Assembly: GCA_963816535.1 (NCBI GenBank)
Contig: CAWFKW010000003.1
Location: 510,526-574,525 of the forward strand
DNA: 64,000 nucleotides
Reading direction: 5' to 3'
Source: an uncultured Ignavibacteria bacterium
Lineage (GTDB): Bacteria; Bacteroidota; Ignavibacteria; Tepidaquicellales; OLB5
Of the stretch, positions 57,544-64,000 are shown in pieces (position 1 is the first letter of the stretch; each line of letters starts with the position of its first letter). The notes under the pieces are model-generated. The model was not told the DNA's origin, did not search any database, and saw nothing but the letters and a program-made list of their open reading frames with translations. The position numbers and the translations under genes were made by a program.

Positions 57544-57565
57544 ATTACTAATTACTAATGACTAA
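57544..57565 (+). repeat. Exact 22-mer ATTACTAATTACTAATGACTAA (copy 3 of 3)
   Basis: Identical to 5819-5840 and 15731-15752. It lies 9 bp from the hmgA start codon. Confidence 0.9.
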
Positions 57566-57589
57566 AGAACGAATAATGAATAAAAAAAT

Positions 57590-57646
57590 ATTAACAATTG
57601 ACTACTAACTATTAACAATTGACTACTAACTATTAACTATTAACTG
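57590..57646. repeat. 21-bp tandem repeat ATTAACAATTGACTACTAACT x2 plus a partial copy
   Basis: 57590-57610 and 57611-57631 are identical, followed by ATTAACTATTAACT. The tract encodes the last codons (LIVNS*) of the 57626..58282 gene. Confidence 0.9.
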
Positions 57647-58282
57647 TCTGTGTCTATCGATCCAATATGCCCATGGAATTAGCAGCCATAGCGTTAGGCC
57701 GGTATATTCAAGCATGCTTTCATTCGGAGGCGGCGGGCCAAAAATAGCCAGCGCGTAGGAAACCGAAAGAAATATCACAAGAACCAGCAAAGCATATTTT
57801 CCGATTCTATCTTTTGGTTTGGTAGTTTTATAATAGATAAAAACACCGCCAAAGAAAATAACACATTCCAGTATTAATGTAGCCGCCAGATTGTTCCACA
57901 ACCCTAATCCAACAAACGGGCCGTTTGGAAATATCGGCAGATCCGGCCTGTGTACAAGAAAATCCAGTAACCAGTGGCTAACAACCAACAAGCCGACAAT
58001 TATCGCATTCTTTAAATTCTTCCTGAATGCAAAATAAACAAGGGCAAGCAATAAAGACCATCCGAGCTGAAAAGCCAGGCTGTGAGTATACGGATAATGG
58101 TCAAAATTTAACGGCGTTGAGATGGTGTTACCCGGGTCGATAGTAACATGCTCCACATTCAAAATAAGCAATATGGGCCATAGTAAATCAGCCCATTGAG
58201 CTGCTAGAAAAAACGTTCCCAGCGAAACCTGCGGAGCAGGCTTTTTTGCGGCAAATCCAACGCCAAAATGACCCAAAAACAT
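57626..58282 (-). CDS. Polytopic membrane protein of unknown function
   Basis: 218 aa with about 6 hydrophobic helices, located between hppD and hmgA. Confidence 0.6.
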   Translation of the reverse strand: MFLGHFGVGFAAKKPAPQVSLGTFFLAAQWADLLWPILLILNVEHVTIDPGNTISTPLNFDHYPYTHSLAFQLGWSLLLALVYFAFRKNLKNAIIVGLLVVSHWLLDFLVHRPDLPIFPNGPFVGLGLWNNLAATLILECVIFFGGVFIYYKTTKPKDRIGKYALLVLVIFLSVSYALAIFGPPPPNESMLEYTGLTLWLLIPWAYWIDRHRQLIVNS

Positions 58283-58483
58283 GAATAATCAATGAGAAAT
58301 TAAAAATTTAGAATTACGAATTAAGATCGCAGATCCAGACTTGTCAATTTGTTTATTTATAGCGTCTTCGTCTCCGCTCAGACTGACAATTGCTTTTTGT
58401 TTAATTAATTAAATACTGATTGCAAATTGTTTGTCTGTGAATCCGCAATCGCAAATCTCAAATCCCAAATCTAAAATCTAAAA

Positions 58484-59638
58484 TCAGAGCGTTCCTCTAA
58501 GTTCCTGTTCTCTTTCAATCGCTTCAAATAAAGCTCTGAAGTTCCCTTTTCCGAAACTCTTTGCGCCTTTGCGCTGAATTATCTCGAAGAACAATGTAGG
58601 GCGGTCCTCAACCGGCTTGCTGAACAGCTGCAAAAGGTACCCGTCTTCATCCCTGTCTACAAGCACCCCAAGTTTGCTGAGCACGCCCATATCTTCATCA
58701 ATCTTTCCAACCCTTGATTCAAGCTCGTCATAATATGCCTGGGGCACTTTCAGAAATTCAAGTCCTCTTCTCATAAGCTCGGTTACCGTTTGTGCAATAT
58801 TGGTTGTGCTCATCGCTATGTGCTGGCATCCGGCTGAGTGATAAAAATCAAGATATTCCTCCACCTGTGATTTTTTCTTACCCGGGGCAGGCTCGTTGAT
58901 TGGGAATTTTATTTTTCCTGTTCCGTTTTGCATCACTTTGCTCATAAGAGCCGTATAATCTGTCGATATGTCTTTATCATCGAATGAAAGAAGCTGGCTG
59001 AATCCCATAACTTCCGCATAGAATTTTACCCAATCATTCATCCTGCCAAGCTCAACATTGCCAACCATGTGGTCTATAGAACGCAGTCCCACGTTTTCAA
59101 TTCCAACAATGGCTTTCTTCTCCGCGCTTACAAAACCGGGAAGAAAAATTCCTTTATAATTTTTGCGTTCAATGAAAGAGTGAATTGTATCTCCGTAGGT
59201 CTTTATTGCGGAACGGATAATATATCCGTTTGAGTCTTCATACTTAGTAGGCTCCATTACAGGCTGGGCGCCGCGTTTTGTAGTTTCGGCAAAAGCGCTT
59301 GTTGCGTCGTCCACTTCCAGCGCAATATCCCTTACCCCGTCGCCGTGCTGCCGCACATGGTCAGAGATATATGAATCGGGATGGTACGCGCTGGTAAGGA
59401 CAACCCTAATCTTGCCCTGTTCAAGCACATAAGAAGCATGTTCCCTGTTTCCTGTTTCAAGCCCTGAGTAAGCAGTGAGCTTAAAACCCATAACATACTG
59501 GTAGTACAATGATGACTGCTTGGCATTACCCACGTAGAATTCAATATGGTCCCAAGCCTTTAGCGGAAGAAAATCTTCCGCTTTGCCGTTGATTTTTTTA
59601 GTTTCCTGCTCTTTGGTTGTTTGCATTGTTCTATACAA
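58484..59638 (-). CDS. hppD: 4-hydroxyphenylpyruvate dioxygenase
   Basis: 384 aa, two VOC modules, C-terminus [18 protein letters not shown]. Confidence 0.9.
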   Translation of the reverse strand: MYRTMQTTKEQETKKINGKAEDFLPLKAWDHIEFYVGNAKQSSLYYQYVMGFKLTAYSGLETGNREHASYVLEQGKIRVVLTSAYHPDSYISDHVRQHGDGVRDIALEVDDATSAFAETTKRGAQPVMEPTKYEDSNGYIIRSAIKTYGDTIHSFIERKNYKGIFLPGFVSAEKKAIVGIENVGLRSIDHMVGNVELGRMNDWVKFYAEVMGFSQLLSFDDKDISTDYTALMSKVMQNGTGKIKFPINEPAPGKKKSQVEEYLDFYHSAGCQHIAMSTTNIAQTVTELMRRGLEFLKVPQAYYDELESRVGKIDEDMGVLSKLGVLVDRDEDGYLLQLFSKPVEDRPTLFFEIIQRKGAKSFGKGNFRALFEAIEREQELRGTL

Positions 59639-59695
59639 TTAATTTCCCGAATATAAAAATTTTAGGTTATTAATTGTATGTCATAACAAATAGCG

Positions 59696-60124
59696 CTAAT
59701 CCGGAACTCCCGGCGCAAATTTCCTCACTTTATAAGTAAAACCAAGATTTTTCTCAAATAGCGCCTGGAATTCTCCGTTCCATCCGCCGCCCGGAGCCTC
59801 CACAATAACCGGCTGAAGCCACTGGCCGTCCCACGAAGAGAGTATTCCGCAGCTTGCACACCTTGTGAGAATGCCGTCTTCGTTCTCAACCACTTCAAGC
59901 GCGCCCTGGCATTGCGGGCAAAGCGTTGGCACAGGATTTTTAGGCTCCGCTGCAGAAGACGCAAATCCAAGCGACTGCTCAATCATAGTGCGCATGGAAT
60001 CATCAACGTCATAAGGCTGCCAATTGCCCGCAACGTTCATAAATAAGCTTTTGCATTCTTTACAGCGGCCATACATTCCGCCGGGGGCCATTTCGAGCTC
60101 CCCGCTGCAGTTCAGACATTGCAT
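59696..60124 (-). CDS. Double zinc-ribbon protein of unknown function
   Basis: 142 aa with CLNC...CKEC and CPQC...CASC pairs. It ends 57 nt upstream of hppD on the same strand. Confidence 0.5.
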   Translation of the reverse strand: MQCLNCSGELEMAPGGMYGRCKECKSLFMNVAGNWQPYDVDDSMRTMIEQSLGFASSAAEPKNPVPTLCPQCQGALEVVENEDGILTRCASCGILSSWDGQWLQPVIVEAPGGGWNGEFQALFEKNLGFTYKVRKFAPGVPD

Positions 60125-60327
60125 ATCATAGTTCCTTTCAAATTAATTGCAGTAAATTGTTTTCAACACAATAAGAATAAAATAATGTGATGTGAATTTC
60201 AAGAAACAAATAGCCGGGATTTGCGGAAAAAATACCGCGAATGTTTCTGAATACCGGATGATTTCAAATCCTGCAAAAGGAACCCTAAATTTATAATCTT
60301 TGAATATGACAATTATTATCGATAATT

Positions 60328-60900
60328 TTGTATAAATTGGATACAGTCAGAACATTTATATCCCTGAACATTAGCGAAACTGTAAAGGGGAAGCTGGCGC
60401 TGGTGCAGAGGGACCTGACAGGCTTGCTTTCAGATTACCGCGTGAAATGGGAGAATCCCAAAAAGTTTCACTTAACTTTAAGATTTTTAGGGGATTTAAA
60501 CTCAGCGGAAATTAATGACCTCGCTAAAGACTTATCCAGGATCAAGGCAGGGTTTGAACACATAGTATATTTTACGGAGTCGATAGGTTTTTTTCCAAAC
60601 GCAAGATATCCGAATGTTGTTTTTGTCGACCTGGTTGAAAAAGGCAGCTCGTGCGAGCCACTAGTCGATAAGATAGATAAGACTATAGCGGAATACGGAA
60701 TCACACCGGATAAGAAATTTGTTCCGCATGTCACGATGGGCCGGTTCAGGAGGGACCGGCGGCTGGCCCTGACGGGCGGGATAAAAGTTGAAGTTCCGAA
60801 GATGGAAATTATGTTCGAAAACTTTCATCTTATGAAGAGCGTGCCTGTTGATTCAGGCACAGTTTACGAAGAGATAAAAAATTTCAGATTCGAAAAATAA
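60328..60900 (+). CDS. thpR: RNA 2',3'-cyclic phosphodiesterase (2H family, ThpR/LigT)
   Basis: Two HxTx motifs, HLTLRFLG and HVTMGRF. The track start is TTG, so the exact start is uncertain. Confidence 0.8.
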   Translation: MYKLDTVRTFISLNISETVKGKLALVQRDLTGLLSDYRVKWENPKKFHLTLRFLGDLNSAEINDLAKDLSRIKAGFEHIVYFTESIGFFPNARYPNVVFVDLVEKGSSCEPLVDKIDKTIAEYGITPDKKFVPHVTMGRFRRDRRLALTGGIKVEVPKMEIMFENFHLMKSVPVDSGTVYEEIKNFRFEK

Positions 60901-60915
60901 ATAACAGAAGCATTA

Positions 60916-61215
60916 ATGCCCATATACGAATATCAATGCCAGAACTGCGGATACTTATTTGAAGAGCTCCAGTCAATGAAGGAAGAGCCTCTGGTAAAAT
61001 GCCCCAATTGCGGGAAGAACCAGCTCAAGAAACTTATCGGCTCAGGGGGCATTATCTTCAAGGGCAGCGGATTTTATCAAACTGACTACAAGAAAGCAGA
61101 TTCGAAAAAAGAGAACATAGATACAACTTCATCGCCTGTTATCGAATCGAAACCGGCTAAAACTGACTCTAAGTCAAAATCCAAAAAAGAGTCCAAATCA
61201 GATAAGAAAAAATAA
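60916..61215 (+). CDS. FmdB-family zinc-ribbon protein with K/S-rich tail
   Basis: MPIYEYQCQNCGYLFE...CPNCG. Confidence 0.75.
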   Translation: MPIYEYQCQNCGYLFEELQSMKEEPLVKCPNCGKNQLKKLIGSGGIIFKGSGFYQTDYKKADSKKENIDTTSSPVIESKPAKTDSKSKSKKESKSDKKK

Positions 61216-61221
61216 ATATTA

Positions 61222-62904
61222 ATGTATACAGCAGATTACAGCAAGCTTCCGAATTTCAGCAAATTATTTCTGGATTATGTTTCGGGCGACGATGAAACGT
61301 CCGGTAAACTAAAGCCTTTCTTTAACGCGCATTTCAGGTCAAACGAAGATTTCTTCAAAGTTATTGACAGCAAGATCCAGAATTATAACGCCAACAGGTA
61401 TTTTGATAAAACGGCGCTGATAGAAATACTTAAACGGCAGAATGTCGAGTTCGGCGGCGGCGATAAAACAGCATCGCACATTGAACTGCTGAAAAATGAA
61501 GACACGTTTGCCATTGTCACGGGGCAGCAGGTTGGACTTTATACAGGCAATATGTATACCATCTTCAAAACTATCACCACAATAAGGCTGGCGGAGAATC
61601 TGAAGACTCGCTTCCCGCAATTTAATTTTGTGCCTGTGTTCTGGCTGGAAAGCGAGGACCATGACTTTGAAGAATCGAACCATGTGCACATAATTAACAA
61701 ACAGAATGAACTTGTGCGGGTAGGATTTGATGACCCTGCCGCGGAAGGCGAAGAGGAAGCGCCGAAGCGAAGCGCAGTTCCTGTGGGCGGCATCAGGTTT
61801 GATGAATCGATCGAGCTAATAAATGCACAGTTGTTCGAGGCCCTGATGGAAACAGATTATAAAGAAAATATAAAACAAACCGTAAATTCATTCTACCGGC
61901 CCGGTAACGATTATAAAACTGCATTCGCGGGAATGCTGAATTCGCTTTTCCCTGATAGCGGGCTTGTGTTTATAGATTGTTCCGACAAAGAAGTTAAGCG
62001 CCTGCTTACGCCCGTTTTTGAAAAGGAGCTGATGACCTCACCCAGGCTTTGCGAGGCATTAATTGATACCAGCGCGGAACTCGAAAAAAATTACGACCTG
62101 CAGGTTAAGCCAAAAGTAATAAACCTGTTCTTTATTCATAACGGAAACAGGCTTCTGATAGAGCCGCGCGATAATGACCGATTTGCTCTGAAGAACTCCA
62201 AACGAAGGTTTGACCGTGAAGAATTAATGAATATTTTGTTTGAGAATCCTGAGTTATTCAGCCCAAACGTTGTATTGAGGCCCATTTGTCAGGATTATTT
62301 GCTTCCGACCGTGGCGTATGTAGGCGGGCCCTCAGAGATTTCATATTTTGCGCAGTTTAAATCGGCTTACAATCATTATGACCTTACGATGCCCGTCATA
62401 TACCCGCGCGCGTCCGCTACAATACTTGAGAACAAAATTACAAAGTTTGTAAAAAATTACGGCGTGAGCTTTGAAGAAATATTCGACCACAAAGCGCTGA
62501 TAACGAAAGTAGTCAACAAGCTTTCAGAGGTTAAGATTGACGATGAAGTTTCCAAAGTGCAGGATGAGCTGAACAAGGCTTTTTACGAATTAAAGAACAT
62601 GACCGCAAAAGTGGACCAGACTTTACTGAGCGGCGTTGATAACCTGAAAGAAAGAATGAACCAGAACCTTGAGCAGTTTAAAGGTAAGCTCATTAACGCT
62701 CAGGCTAAAAAAAGCGACGTTGCAACAACCCAGATAGATAAGGTTGTGAATAACATTTATCCTGACCATACTTTGCAGGAAAGGGTTATAAACATATTGT
62801 ATTTTATGAACAAATACGGCGGGAATTTCATTAATAAGCTTTTCAGCGAGATTGAGATAGATAATTTCAATCATGAGGTAATCGAAATCGGCGGAAATGA
62901 ATGA
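61222..62904 (+). CDS. bshC: Bacillithiol biosynthesis cysteine-adding enzyme BshC
   Basis: 560 aa (TGQQVGLYTGNMYTIFK...PVFWLESEDHDFEE). Confidence 0.75.
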   Translation: MYTADYSKLPNFSKLFLDYVSGDDETSGKLKPFFNAHFRSNEDFFKVIDSKIQNYNANRYFDKTALIEILKRQNVEFGGGDKTASHIELLKNEDTFAIVTGQQVGLYTGNMYTIFKTITTIRLAENLKTRFPQFNFVPVFWLESEDHDFEESNHVHIINKQNELVRVGFDDPAAEGEEEAPKRSAVPVGGIRFDESIELINAQLFEALMETDYKENIKQTVNSFYRPGNDYKTAFAGMLNSLFPDSGLVFIDCSDKEVKRLLTPVFEKELMTSPRLCEALIDTSAELEKNYDLQVKPKVINLFFIHNGNRLLIEPRDNDRFALKNSKRRFDREELMNILFENPELFSPNVVLRPICQDYLLPTVAYVGGPSEISYFAQFKSAYNHYDLTMPVIYPRASATILENKITKFVKNYGVSFEEIFDHKALITKVVNKLSEVKIDDEVSKVQDELNKAFYELKNMTAKVDQTLLSGVDNLKERMNQNLEQFKGKLINAQAKKSDVATTQIDKVVNNIYPDHTLQERVINILYFMNKYGGNFINKLFSEIEIDNFNHEVIEIGGNE

Positions 62905-63946
62905 TAAATCAGCCAATCAAGGAAAATATAAAAAGATATTAGTAATTCGTTTTTCCTCGCTAGGAGACATAATACTTACAACCCCCCTGCTGAAGATCCT
63001 CAAAGAAAACTTCCCCGATTCCAAAATTGATTACTGCACAAAAGAAGAATACCGCGAAATATTGTGCTTAAATCCAAACTTAAATAAAATTATTACAGTT
63101 GGCGAAGACTTTGATTTTAAGCGGCTTAAATTACTTAAGGATACTCTTAAACAGCATGAATATGACTTAATAATTGACGCGCACAACAATCTAAGAACGT
63201 TTTATTTAAGGCAATTTTTAACATTTGGTTCTAAGGTCCTTAAATTCAAAAAGTATTCTTTCAGAAAATTTATGCTGGTAAAATTCAAGATTAATTTGAT
63301 GAAGAACCCGCCAACTATTTCAGAAAGATATGTGGAAATAGTGGCAAAAATCACGGACGGCAAGCCTGCAAGACATCTACCGGAAATTATTACAGACCAA
63401 AGCTCTAAACAAAAAATTGACAACATACTTAAAGAGCTGGGGATTAAAAATAAAATAATTGCCATAGCCCCTGCGTCAAAGCATTTCACAAAGACTTATC
63501 CCGCAGAATTATATTCAGAACTTATTAATAAAATCAGTAAAGATTATTCAATTGCGCTTGTTGGAAAGGGAAATGACATAATGGCCATTCAGAGAATAAT
63601 GGAAAACGCGGGCGACAATGTTATTAATCTTTGCAGCAGGCTCAGCGTAACAGAACTTGCTGAATTATTTAAAAGAAGTTCACTTTTCATAGGCGGAGAC
63701 ACAGGACCCATGCATATTGCTGAAGCTGTTAATGTTCCTATAATTATGCTTGCAGGTTCATCCGTTAAGGAGTTTGGTTTTTATCCGCAATCAGATAAAT
63801 CTTTCATAATCGAAAATAACAATTTGAACTGCCGCCCGTGCTCGCACATTGGAAGAAGCTCCTGCCCGAAAGGACACTTCAAATGCATGGTTGATTTGAA
63901 ACCGGCAGATATTTTAAAAGTTGTTCAAATTGAGTTACTTAATTAG
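62897..63946 (+). CDS. Glycosyltransferase family 9 (heptosyltransferase-like)
   Basis: 349 aa (ILVIRFSSLGDIILTTPLL...GGDTGPMHIA). It overlaps the bshC stop by 8 nt. Confidence 0.8.
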   Translation: MNDKSANQGKYKKILVIRFSSLGDIILTTPLLKILKENFPDSKIDYCTKEEYREILCLNPNLNKIITVGEDFDFKRLKLLKDTLKQHEYDLIIDAHNNLRTFYLRQFLTFGSKVLKFKKYSFRKFMLVKFKINLMKNPPTISERYVEIVAKITDGKPARHLPEIITDQSSKQKIDNILKELGIKNKIIAIAPASKHFTKTYPAELYSELINKISKDYSIALVGKGNDIMAIQRIMENAGDNVINLCSRLSVTELAELFKRSSLFIGGDTGPMHIAEAVNVPIIMLAGSSVKEFGFYPQSDKSFIIENNNLNCRPCSHIGRSSCPKGHFKCMVDLKPADILKVVQIELLN

Positions 63947-63960
63947 AACCCCCGCCGAAG

Positions 63961-63982
63961 CGCCTGCCTGCTGCAGGCAGGG
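63961..63982. repeat. GC-rich palindrome GCGCCTGCCTGCTGCAGGCAGG
   Basis: The same palindrome occurs at 45457-45480. Confidence 0.85.
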
Positions 63983-64000
63983 GACTACCGATAAAATAAT

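Overview
The window is a 64-kb chromosomal segment. It probably comes from a diderm of the FCB group (Ignavibacteria/Bacteroidota-like). That placement is an inference from a T9SS C-terminal sorting domain protein, BshC, an HU-SPOR fusion, LptC/LptA-like genes, Lnt and KdsD. About 50 ORFs are convincing CDS. Housekeeping genes include radA, fbp, mgtA, ispF, lnt, kdsD, rlmD, hmgA, hppD, thpR and bshC, plus 2-oxoacid oxidoreductase subunits, an E1 alpha-beta fusion and an OppD-like ATPase. I found no rRNA, tRNA or CRISPR. Three things stand out. (1) A 13.8-kb AT-rich island (16067-29848) is bounded by a perfect 18-bp direct repeat, TTATAATTGTATATTTAA. It sits 4 bp upstream of the ispF ATG and all of its genes are on the minus strand. 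It carries two tyrosine recombinases, an excisionase-like HTH protein and a res-then-mod Type III-like restriction-modification pair with an extra upstream ORF. It also carries a tight four-gene module of a zinc ribbon, a CBS-pair plus HEPN (Rx4H) protein, a tandem winged-helix protein and a 399-aa orphan. I rate that module the best candidate for an undescribed defence system. (2) A dlt-like surface-acylation cluster (49364-56088) combines MBOAT, ACP, a DltD-like protein and an AMP-ligase with an FkbH-type loader and a VOC/epimerase-like protein. (3) The intergenic repeat content is unusually rich. It includes several families of GC-rich hairpins, one nested inside another, a MITE-like unit with 18-bp terminal inverted repeats, and an 88-bp x4 tandem hairpin array bracketing a methyltransferase gene. 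AT-rich heptamer tracts and an exact 22-mer also place stop codons in every frame at gene boundaries. All functional calls rest on motifs I recognised in the supplied translations. No database search was run.
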